A stretch of DNA of 64,000 nt. Source: Candidatus Poribacteria bacterium (lineage in GTDB: Bacteria; Poribacteria; WGA-4E; JAJDTR01). Shown one piece after another: positions 9,531-17,925 of this stretch; position 1 is the stretch's first letter; each line of letters starts with the position of its first letter. The stretch is taken from positions 768,001 through 832,000 of the forward strand of contig CBDCTK010000002.1 of NCBI GenBank assembly GCA_965222225.1, given 5' to 3'. The notes under the pieces were generated by a model that had not been told where the DNA came from, did not search any database, and saw nothing but the letters and a program-made list of their open reading frames with translations. The position numbers were made by a program, and so were the translations under genes.

Positions 9531-10919
9531 ATGTCTTCAATTCTGATTGTAGATGATGAACACGCACAGCGAACCATTTTGCGAAGCATTCTGAAGCGAG
9601 AGGGTTATGAGGTTGAAACGGCAATAAACCGTTCTGACGCGCTTGAAAAAATTGGAAAAAGAATGTTCGACGTTGTCGTCAGTGATATGCGTATGGAATC
9701 ACCAATGGAGGGGCGCAATCTGCTCAGGGAGATCAAGCACGACGATCCGGACCTTCCCGTGCTAATCATGACCGCGTATGCGGAAATAGGCGACGCTGTG
9801 GCCCTCGTTGCGCGAGAAGGCGCTTTCTACTACCTTGAGAAGCCGATTAACATTGATGTGCTCAAAAAAGAACTCAAACGTGCAGTAGACTCACGGGGCG
9901 TTCCTCCAGTCCGGGATGAAGTTGACAATCAGGCAATTCCCGACATAGAATTCGAGACAGTTGTTGGACAAAGCCCACAGATGAAACAGTTGTTTAGGAT
10001 TATGTGTCGGATCATCCATCGCGGAGTGAATCAGGTATTGATTACCGGCGAGACCGGTACGGGTAAAGAGGTGGTTGCCAAAGCAATTCACGAAGGTGGA
10101 AAGCGGAAGGATAAGCCGTTTGTGCCAATCAACTGCAGCGCAATACCGGAGCAACTCATAGAAAGCGAATTGTTTGGGCATGAAAAGGGCGCATTCACGG
10201 GAGCAGATCATCAGAAGATAGGACAGTTTGAGTTTGCGGACGGAGGTACGGTGTTCCTTGATGAAATCGGAGATGTTCCGTTGAACATGCAGAGCAAGCT
10301 TCTTCGCGTTCTTCAGGAGCGAGAGGTTTCTCGTGTTGGCGGCACCAAATCGATAAAGGTTGATGTCTGCGTGATTGCGGCAACGCACAAAGACTTGAAG
10401 AATGCCTGCGACGCGGGCGAGTTCCGAGAAGATCTGTACTTTCGACTGAACGTTATTCCGCTTCATGTACCTTTACTAAAGGATCGAAGAGACGATATCC
10501 CCATCTTGGTCAATCATTTTGTGGGCAAGTTCAGTATGGAGTATCTTGATGCAGAACAGAAATCCGTAACACCACGGGCGATGTCCGCGTTTCGGCGATA
10601 CGATTGGCCAGGGAATGTCCGTCAACTGGAGAACTATCTGCATAGAATCTTCGTCCTTTCCGAGAACGAGGCAATCGACCTTGAGGATCTTCCTCCCGAC
10701 ATTTCGGATGGCGCTCCGCCGCCAGCAGATTTCCAAGTTGAGATTCCGGAGCAGGGCGTGTCCCTTGAGGACATCATGAAGGAATATATACAGGTGGCAC
10801 TTGCCAAGACGAATGGCAACCAGACAAAAGCTGCGGAACTCTTGGGAATCTCGCGTCGCAGACTTCAGAATCGGATACAGAACTACGAGATTGATAGCCA
10901 AGAATTCAAGAATGGCTAA
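9531..10919 (+). CDS. Sigma-54-dependent response regulator (NtrC/AtoC family)
   Basis: Receiver ILIVDDE..SDMRM; GETGTGKE; ESELFGHEKGAFTGA; WPGNVRQL; C-terminal HTH NQTKAAELLGISRR. Start moved to ATG 9531. Confidence 0.95.
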   Translation: MSSILIVDDEHAQRTILRSILKREGYEVETAINRSDALEKIGKRMFDVVVSDMRMESPMEGRNLLREIKHDDPDLPVLIMTAYAEIGDAVALVAREGAFYYLEKPINIDVLKKELKRAVDSRGVPPVRDEVDNQAIPDIEFETVVGQSPQMKQLFRIMCRIIHRGVNQVLITGETGTGKEVVAKAIHEGGKRKDKPFVPINCSAIPEQLIESELFGHEKGAFTGADHQKIGQFEFADGGTVFLDEIGDVPLNMQSKLLRVLQEREVSRVGGTKSIKVDVCVIAATHKDLKNACDAGEFREDLYFRLNVIPLHVPLLKDRRDDIPILVNHFVGKFSMEYLDAEQKSVTPRAMSAFRRYDWPGNVRQLENYLHRIFVLSENEAIDLEDLPPDISDGAPPPADFQVEIPEQGVSLEDIMKEYIQVALAKTNGNQTKAAELLGISRRRLQNRIQNYEIDSQEFKNG

Positions 10920-10966
10920 ATATGCGCAATCGCTGATAATCAAACAAACAAATAGAGAGATTTTAT

Positions 10967-12172
10967 ATGAACTCACGTCCACTTACGAGAGTGTTGTTAT
11001 TAATGACGTTTGCGGTACTGATTGTGGGCATTTTCTCATGCGATGAGTTGGTTTCCATTTTTTCAACTGGCGCTATTTCGAAGACAAACGGTGTCACCGG
11101 AGGAATTTCTGTCGGTGTTGTTCTATCTCTGACAGGACCACCCGCCGCTTCGTACGGGTTACCCATGCAACGTGGATTTGAGTTGGCTCTCAAAGAGATT
11201 AACGATTCACAGCTCGGGGCGACAAGGATTAAGCTTATTACTATAGACGACGAGGGGAGCGTTGATGGCGCAGTTCAGGCATATAATGAACTAATTGGTA
11301 ACTACGGCGTTTCCGTTATCTTAGGTCCCGGATATTCAAACCAAGTGCAGGAGGCATTTCTGATTGCGCAACAGAATAAAGTTGTGGCTATAAGTTCCCT
11401 GTCCTCTGCCACTGGTTTGGGGGCGATTGGCGATTTCTGCTTCCGCGTCGGTCTTACGAATGATGTATTGATTCCCAGTAGCGTCGAGGCGACTCAGGCG
11501 AAACTGGGCTACCAGAAAGTGGCAACGCTTCATGATGAAATTGATTTCTATTCAACAGATAGTAACAAGGTGGTGCGGGAATCACTCAACGCAAATGGCG
11601 TAACACTCCTTGCCAGCGAGACCTTCCAAACCGGCGATGCCAACTTTTCCGCACAGTTGAGTCGAATAATGGAGTTGAGTCCTGACGCCGTTTTTATTTC
11701 CGCCTTAGCGCCGGATATTCCCGAAATAATGATTCAGGGGCGCGGCATCGGCATACCCTGTTCCGTGCCGTTTATCGTTCCATACATGACCAAGGACGAA
11801 GTGAAAGCAGCAGGTGCCGCTGCCGAGAGTTCGATTTCGTTTACCAGTTGGATTAGCACCACTCACACGCCGGGGAATCAGGATTTTGTTCGGAATTATC
11901 AATTGAGGTACGGGATTGAACCTGAGACGTGGGCGGCGCAGACGTATGCCACGCTCTATATTTTGGTTGAAGCGATAATGAGTGCTCAATCGACTAATTC
12001 AACGTCAATTCGCGATGCCTTAACAAACATTAGTGATTTTGACACAGTCTTGGGGCAATTCTCTTTTAACGAAAGCGGTGATGCGAATTATGCTCCCAAG
12101 ATATTGGTTGTCGAAGAAGGCGAACTTCTTGACTTTGGAGCGAGCGAAATACTTTCGAGCGATGGCATGTAG
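10967..12172 (+). CDS. ABC transporter substrate-binding lipoprotein, LivJ/branched-chain amino acid type
   Basis: Lipobox-like IFSC; VGVVLSLTGP..YG..MQRGFELA..EIN; FSAQLSRI; AQTYAT. No permease or ATPase genes adjacent. Confidence 0.88.
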   Translation: MNSRPLTRVLLLMTFAVLIVGIFSCDELVSIFSTGAISKTNGVTGGISVGVVLSLTGPPAASYGLPMQRGFELALKEINDSQLGATRIKLITIDDEGSVDGAVQAYNELIGNYGVSVILGPGYSNQVQEAFLIAQQNKVVAISSLSSATGLGAIGDFCFRVGLTNDVLIPSSVEATQAKLGYQKVATLHDEIDFYSTDSNKVVRESLNANGVTLLASETFQTGDANFSAQLSRIMELSPDAVFISALAPDIPEIMIQGRGIGIPCSVPFIVPYMTKDEVKAAGAAAESSISFTSWISTTHTPGNQDFVRNYQLRYGIEPETWAAQTYATLYILVEAIMSAQSTNSTSIRDALTNISDFDTVLGQFSFNESGDANYAPKILVVEEGELLDFGASEILSSDGM

Positions 12173-12185
12173 CAACAAGCTGTAA

Positions 12186-12757
12186 GAACCTGTTTGAGAA
12201 TTAGATGGCAAGACCATGTTCCGGCAATTTGGAGGTCACAATTGCCGAATTGCCAAGTCATTAACCTCCCAATGTGCCTTTCCCGAAAGGCACATCTAGA
12301 AAATTCAAACACATTGCTAATCAATATGGTTTGAGTGTCCATAGTAACTCAAGATTCAGCCATAATTTCCAGCAAAGTTCATGCCAAAATCAAAATCATA
12401 CTTCAATTTAGACTCGGTGAATACGCTGCGTCAAGACAACACGGGGATTCTAGGATTTTTCAAGTCGGGGGATGGTGTTCCACAGTGAAGTGCAAAGGGG
12501 TGCCACAAATATGGACATAATTTGGGAAAATTTGGCTCAAAAGGCATTTAAACCCTTGCCTGGCAAGGGTTTGTACTAGGTGCCACAAATGTGGACAAAA
12601 ATCCGAAATGTGGCACCCCTTTGAAGGATAGATTGTCGGAAGGACGAGAACAGGAATACAGGTTGGAAATATGCTGTTTGCGACAAAGCGGCTATAGATG
12701 ATTCTGTCCTTCCTAAGACCAACAATTGGCTTTGCCACCTACTTTTCAAACAGGCTC
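12186..12757. mobile_element. Non-autonomous (MITE-like) element with IS5/IS1031-type ends
   Basis: Imperfect TIRs (22/26 nt), TAA duplication on both sides (12183-85, 12758-60); right TIR identical over 17 nt to the end of the IS5 at 54152; no transposase ORF. Confidence 0.8.
12371..12387 (-). promoter_or_regulatory. Sigma-54 -24/-12 promoter motif inside the MITE-like element
   Basis: TTGGCATGAACTTTGCT, i.e. GG-N10-GC close to the YTGGCACG-N4-TTGCW consensus. Confidence 0.55.
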
Positions 12758-13067
12758 TAAGACTTAAGCGTAAAGATTCCTCTGTTCAAACCCCGACGCT
12801 AAATTACCGGTACCATGTTCCTTCCTCTTGATGCGCCAAGTGGAAAATCGAATTATAGGCGCTTACCCAACTTCCTCCCGTTCTTACCATTAGCTTCGCA
12901 CTAACGCTAGGCAATCTCCGAATGGATAGTGGTTCGTGCAAATCCAACAGGCACTGCCATACAATGGATGCCCCCATCTTCGGTTTGATGATTCAAGAAA
13001 GAGAGGAAATCGGGGTTTGATGACTCACTGATTCTTACTACGAACCGGCTCATGGCAGAATCGCAAT

Positions 13068-13254
13068 GTAGGTTTGAATTGGGTATACGGTGAGAATAAC
13101 GCGCTTGGGGGCGGTGGGCAATGCCCACCCTACAAAAACTACAGATGAAGTGTTGAGTTTCACTCGAATTCCGACGTTTTCGAGCAGAACGAAACATCGG
13201 AAGTCTTCTTTCTGCTCGCGATTTCTTTTGGATTTTCCGTTCAACCCAACCTAC
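13068..13254. repeat. GTAG-family REP-like palindromes
   Basis: GGTGGGCAATGCCCACCCTAC (13113-13133), CGTTCAACCCAACCTAC (13238-13254), degenerate GTAGGTT at 13068. Confidence 0.6.
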
Positions 13255-13488
13255 GAGTTTGATCTGCGTGAGTCCTAACGACTAACGAGAGGATTATTTC
13301 ACTTTATGCACTGTTATTCAAATGAAATAGTACAACTTGCTTCCGTTCATATTGTAGGCTTTGTGCCGACGTAAAGCGAGGAATGGAGTGTGTGGAAGCG
13401 ATACGCAAAGATTGATCGGAAGGGGTTTACGCTGAGATACCATTAGGTCCCCCAGCTTCGTGGGATGTATCTGCCACTTACGGCAATT

Positions 13489-13932
13489 TCAATATCGAGG
13501 AAGGTCGGGATCGATCTCGGATGCCCACCGGTCAATGCCACCGACGAGACTTCTAACTCGCTTGAACCCCAGTTGCTGCAGAAGATAAGTTGCGTCTAGA
13601 CTTCTCATTCCGCGATGGCAGTATACCACAATTTCTACGTACGGATTTAATTCACGAATACGCCTCGGGAGTTCTGCCAAAGGAATCCATTGCGCCTGAT
13701 CGAGGTGGGCGGTCCGGTATTCCCATTCGTCTCGGACATCAAGCAAAGCTAGTGTTTTCTTCTGTTCCATCATGCGTTTGAGGGTTCGCGGTTCGATGGA
13801 ATATTCCGCTGGATTGAAAGGAAGGATAGCTTCTTCAGTGCTGGGGACTGCGCGAGGTAAGCGGTTTTTGGACGGGAAATGGATATATGTGTCGTAAAAT
13901 TCTTGAAATATCTCTTTAATGCCCTTCAGCAT
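13489..13932 (-). CDS. Rhodanese-like domain protein
   Basis: LLDVRDEWEY..HL; active loop VYCHRGMRS; LVGGIDRWASEIDPDLPRY (MoeZ C-terminal type). Confidence 0.9.
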   Translation of the reverse strand: MLKGIKEIFQEFYDTYIHFPSKNRLPRAVPSTEEAILPFNPAEYSIEPRTLKRMMEQKKTLALLDVRDEWEYRTAHLDQAQWIPLAELPRRIRELNPYVEIVVYCHRGMRSLDATYLLQQLGFKRVRSLVGGIDRWASEIDPDLPRY

Positions 13933-13998
13933 CCGTTGTTACTCCCTGATAAGGACGGCATTTTTGATTGCCTTAAAGTTGTCATGCGTAAAGCCCCA

Positions 13999-14028
13999 AT
14001 TATAATCGAAGGTCTTGGGAAATGTCAA
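13999..14028 (-). promoter_or_regulatory. Consensus sigma-70 promoter of the rhodanese gene
   Basis: TTGACA-18bp-TATAAT. Confidence 0.65.
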
Positions 14029-14042
14029 GACCCGGATTTCAG

Positions 14043-16139
14043 CTAGAACCTCACGCTTACACCCACAGTTGGAAGGATTGGAAAGAACGGTTCTTTGCTT
14101 ACATGACAGTCAAGCAAAGCATCTGTAAGGTCATCATGCTCCTCGGTGAAAGCGTATTCGTGAACGTTCGATCTGTTGTATAGGTTTAGCACCTGTAGAT
14201 ACCAAGAGAGTTGCCAGCTATTGTGTGGGCTTGTCTTTGTCAATCGGAAGTCAAGGCTATGAAATGCCGGCAACCGTTCCGTGTTATAATCTCCGAAGTT
14301 GCGTTCGCAGACGGATTGACCGTCAAGAAGCGTAACAACTGAATGCTTAAGAATTGTAGTTGGATTGCCGGTATGGAAACGCCACACGAAGTGCAGTTGC
14401 CATGCCCGCGAGAGGCGATAGTTTCCGTTAAGCGCGATGGTATGCCGTTGGTCGAACTCGCGAAAAAACTCCGTGCCAAATACCGATGAGAAGACTGTTG
14501 TCGAATCTTCCCTTGCTTTTGCTATTGAAAACGCGTATCCGAGACCTCCGGTCAACCTTTCGGAAATCACGCCGTTCGCGAAAAGGTCGAAGCCTTTCGC
14601 GCTACCCGAATGCGCCGGGGCTACGATTCGCGTTTGCCTGCCGTAGTCGGGAATGTGCCCAATCAGATTCGACAGATTTTTATAGTACGCTTCGGCGCGT
14701 ATGAGAAATTTATTCGGCAAGACATAATCTCCTCCGATGACATAGTGTATCGCCTGCTCTGCACGACCAATATCATCAACGCCATCTTCGACGGGAATTG
14801 TCATTAAGTCCGTTGGCTGATGGTAAAAGCCCCAAGCGGTGCGCAGGATGAGATTGTCAATTGGTCTATATGCCAAAGCAACCCGCGGGCTTAGTTCATG
14901 CTGTTGAACATTGGGCCGACGGTAATTCTGGAATAGATAACGTGTGCCTATATTGACTCCCAACTTTGGATGGAGTTGCCATTCCTCTTGCAGAAAACCC
15001 TTCACCGAGGTGCCGTGGGCGTCAATTTTCGCCCAAGTTTTTCGTTTGAGGTCGCACAGCGAACACCGACTCCGGATGAACTGTGAGGTCATCCGTCCGT
15101 ACGTCGGGACGGAATAGTTGTAGTCCACGACGGACCAGCGCCATTCAAGTCCGGCACGAAACGTGTGCGCACTCAGGAGCTGTGCGTTTACCTCCGCTTT
15201 TGCGCCTAAGAAACCGAAATCTCGGGTGTCAATGCCATTAACCCCTTCTTGTCGGTCACGAGTTGCTAGACCACTAAACAAAAAGACATCTGACCATACG
15301 TCTTCGTTGAAATGATGTCGCCACTTTGTCCATACCAAAGCGTTTTGATACCGAGAGTTGAGATCGTTCTCATCGTCTTCTTCATTGATGCGATTTTTGT
15401 CCCAGGCATACAGACCATTGAGGATTAATGTGTCTTGTGTTGTCAGGTCGTAAATAATTTTGCCGTATAAATCTGCGTATTGCGGTTTCAGTTCCTTGTC
15501 GGCATCCATCAAAGCGAGGATAATGTCGACGTAACCGCGCCGTGCCGAGAGCAACCACGATCCTTTCCGAGATAAGGGGCCTTCCAAAAGCGCGTGCGCA
15601 TTCACCAAATCAACACCAAGATTTGCCCTGAATTCCTCTCGATTTCCCTCTTTAACATTGATGTCAAATATTCCTGACAGCTTATCACCGTATTCGGCGG
15701 GGAAGCCTCCCATTAATAAATCCGCCCGACGTACCAGTCCAAGGTCAATTATGGAAACCGCGCCTCCAAAATCCTGCAAGTGGTATGGATCGTATAACTC
15801 CATTCCGTCCAATCTAACCAAGATTTCATCCTTTTCGCCTCCCCGTAGGTTAAAGCGAGCGCTGAAATCGCTGGACACGACGCCCGGAAAGATATGTGCA
15901 GCCCGTGCTACGTCGTTGTCAATTAAAGGAAGTGATTCGATTTCTCGCTTCGTGAGAGAAAAAACTGAAGGTGTTCCTCCGAGGATTGTAAATTTTCCCG
16001 GGGTAACAATAATCGGGGAGAGCTGGACAGGTTCTGTCGTGTCTTCGCCAGAAACGGGAGCGTGCACGGCAAGGAAAACGAGAAAACCAAGGATGGAAGC
16101 GAGAATAGGATTTGGCGACAACGTCAATGAGGTAGCCAT
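14043..16139 (-). CDS. TonB-dependent receptor
   Basis: Signal peptide, TonB-box-like PIIVTP, plug motifs LRGGEKDE and GGFPAEYGDKLSG, LSPRVALAY, NLYNRSN, terminal Phe. Confidence 0.9.
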   Translation of the reverse strand: MATSLTLSPNPILASILGFLVFLAVHAPVSGEDTTEPVQLSPIIVTPGKFTILGGTPSVFSLTKREIESLPLIDNDVARAAHIFPGVVSSDFSARFNLRGGEKDEILVRLDGMELYDPYHLQDFGGAVSIIDLGLVRRADLLMGGFPAEYGDKLSGIFDINVKEGNREEFRANLGVDLVNAHALLEGPLSRKGSWLLSARRGYVDIILALMDADKELKPQYADLYGKIIYDLTTQDTLILNGLYAWDKNRINEEDDENDLNSRYQNALVWTKWRHHFNEDVWSDVFLFSGLATRDRQEGVNGIDTRDFGFLGAKAEVNAQLLSAHTFRAGLEWRWSVVDYNYSVPTYGRMTSQFIRSRCSLCDLKRKTWAKIDAHGTSVKGFLQEEWQLHPKLGVNIGTRYLFQNYRRPNVQQHELSPRVALAYRPIDNLILRTAWGFYHQPTDLMTIPVEDGVDDIGRAEQAIHYVIGGDYVLPNKFLIRAEAYYKNLSNLIGHIPDYGRQTRIVAPAHSGSAKGFDLFANGVISERLTGGLGYAFSIAKAREDSTTVFSSVFGTEFFREFDQRHTIALNGNYRLSRAWQLHFVWRFHTGNPTTILKHSVVTLLDGQSVCERNFGDYNTERLPAFHSLDFRLTKTSPHNSWQLSWYLQVLNLYNRSNVHEYAFTEEHDDLTDALLDCHVSKEPFFPILPTVGVSVRF

Positions 16140-16168
16140 ATTATTCTCCAGTGATTCAGTTAATGGCG

Positions 16169-16197
16169 ATTATAGCACACCCAATCTCTGTCGTCAA
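16169..16197 (-). promoter_or_regulatory. Putative sigma-70 promoter of the TonB receptor
   Basis: TTGACG-17bp-TATAAT with extended -10 TG. Confidence 0.6.
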
Positions 16198-16643
16198 ACA
16201 GGAAGGGCCAATCCGGGCAGGTTACGCACTGTCGGTGGAAACAACAGTTTGGCGTTCATCGTCTTGGCTCTCTTGTCAAGTGGAGACGCGAGGATGGACT
16301 ATATGAGGCGTAACGTAGACGATAGAGGGATAACCCCACGAAAATGCACGGGAAATCCCGCACGACCGCAATCAAGCTCCGGAGAGTTAGTCCGCACATT
16401 CAAGGAATCCTACTTCCGCGGGGACACCAACCTACGCCGAATGCAAATTTAGCTGTCGCGATTGCCCTTTAATCTCCATACGTTATGCGCGAGCCGTGTA
16501 TTTTTCGATGACGAATCCACTCAGGAATCTTTCTTGAAGCAACGGGGTGGATATGTTCGGTGAAAACGAGAAAACCACGGTTTACCTACTGTGCCTTGAC
16601 GACAGTTTGATGCCCCCCGCTGTTAGCGGATTGACGTTTTGGC

Positions 16644-16672
16644 TTGACGATTCGCAGGGGGTTATGTAGAAT
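16644..16672 (+). promoter_or_regulatory. Putative sigma-70 promoter of the TPR/Omp85 operon
   Basis: TTGACG-17bp-TAGAAT; implies the true start is ATG 16691, not 16673. Confidence 0.55.
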
Positions 16673-16690
16673 ATGACCAAAGATGAGGAT

Positions 16691-17089
16691 ATGAAGATGC
16701 TAACCTATTGCTCGCCCGTATGTCTCTTAATCTCTTCCTTGATTGCCCTTTCAGGTTGCGGGATATCCCCCGATAAGGTCTCGGTAAATCAATACAATGA
16801 CTTCGGGGTTCGATCCGCGGAATCCAAGCTTTGGAACGAGGCGATCTTTCGCTGGAATCAGGTTCTTGACATTGATCCGCGGAATGCCAAGGCACACAAT
16901 AATCTCGGCGTCGCCTTTGAGGCATTGGGAAAGATTGACGAGGCACTGGAATCGTATAAACGTGCGACAGAATTAGATTCGAACAGCAAATATTACCGAT
17001 TTAACTACCGAAAGTGTCGCCTGCAGGTGGAGCGTAATAAGAGTGATCCGGCTGCCGAGAGCGATGGGGAAGAGGAACGAACGGAGTAA
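16691..17089 (+). CDS. Small TPR lipoprotein
   Basis: Lipobox LSGC; TPR WNEAIFRWNQVLDIDPRNAKAHNNLGVAFEALGKIDEALESYKRA. Confidence 0.85.
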   Translation: MKMLTYCSPVCLLISSLIALSGCGISPDKVSVNQYNDFGVRSAESKLWNEAIFRWNQVLDIDPRNAKAHNNLGVAFEALGKIDEALESYKRATELDSNSKYYRFNYRKCRLQVERNKSDPAAESDGEEERTE

Positions 17090-17159
17090 GGTTGTATCCT
17101 TTTCGACTTGGAATCGGACTGGGCATGAATAGGTTTCGTAATCTCGATATGAGGGTAAA

Positions 17160-17867
17160 ATGGGTAGTCGCACTGCCTTAATCTTAGTACTCTTGGCGAT
17201 ATTTAGTGGGTGTGGAAGATTTATTTCACGAGTCACGATACCCATCCAAGTTGATTCTGAAATTGACACCAATCGATTTTCAAGTTTTGCTGTTTTACCG
17301 TTTGTGAAGGACAAATCCGAAGATGCGTCGGACAACGTAGACATAGGGGATGAGATTTCGGATACCATGCGACGTAGGATTGGGAGACATAAAAACTACA
17401 ACGTCGTGGGTAGTCAAGAAACTGACCGATTGATGACAGGAGAAACCATTGATGTCGAGTTTCTAACCGATATGGATCGTCTTACACGGCTGGGAGGTTA
17501 TTTCGAGGTAGATGGGCTTATCACAGGAAGCTACAAATATTCTAGAGTCAACCAACCCAAGACTTATTACGGAGAACATTATTCTCCTACGCTAAGGCAA
17601 TACGTGATGGCTCATCAGGATTATATACAGCGAATATATATTTTGGCGCTAAGGGTGATAATTGTAGATGTTAATTCAGAAAAGATTGTCTGGAATGAAA
17701 AGTATGAACGTACCGCTGTTGAAAATCATGCTTTAGGGTCTTTTCTTGTTTCGCAGATTACACCGCGGGATACTATCTTGAAGTCACTCACTAAGCAAGC
17801 CGTCTCAGAATTTACCCGTCGGATTGCACCACATTATGAGACGGAAGTAAGGTTTTTAGTCAAGTAG
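17160..17867 (+). CDS. Lipoprotein, CsgG/TolB-N-like fold (putative)
   Basis: Lipobox FSGC; FAVLPF..RLGGYFEVDGLITGS..RVIIVDVNSEKIVW pattern. Confidence 0.65.
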   Translation: MGSRTALILVLLAIFSGCGRFISRVTIPIQVDSEIDTNRFSSFAVLPFVKDKSEDASDNVDIGDEISDTMRRRIGRHKNYNVVGSQETDRLMTGETIDVEFLTDMDRLTRLGGYFEVDGLITGSYKYSRVNQPKTYYGEHYSPTLRQYVMAHQDYIQRIYILALRVIIVDVNSEKIVWNEKYERTAVENHALGSFLVSQITPRDTILKSLTKQAVSEFTRRIAPHYETEVRFLVK

Positions 17868-17925
17868 TCAAGCCGAATATGCTGAAGAGGAAAACTTGGA
17901 ACGTTATCTATACGGAGGCAACACG

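Noticed and set aside
12088-12342. 84-aa minus-strand ORF starting in the MITE
   Set aside because: Runs through the TIR into the antisense of the binding-protein gene; no transposase or other similarity
15658-16452. 264-aa plus-strand ORF
   Set aside because: Mostly an antisense shadow of the TonB receptor; no motifs
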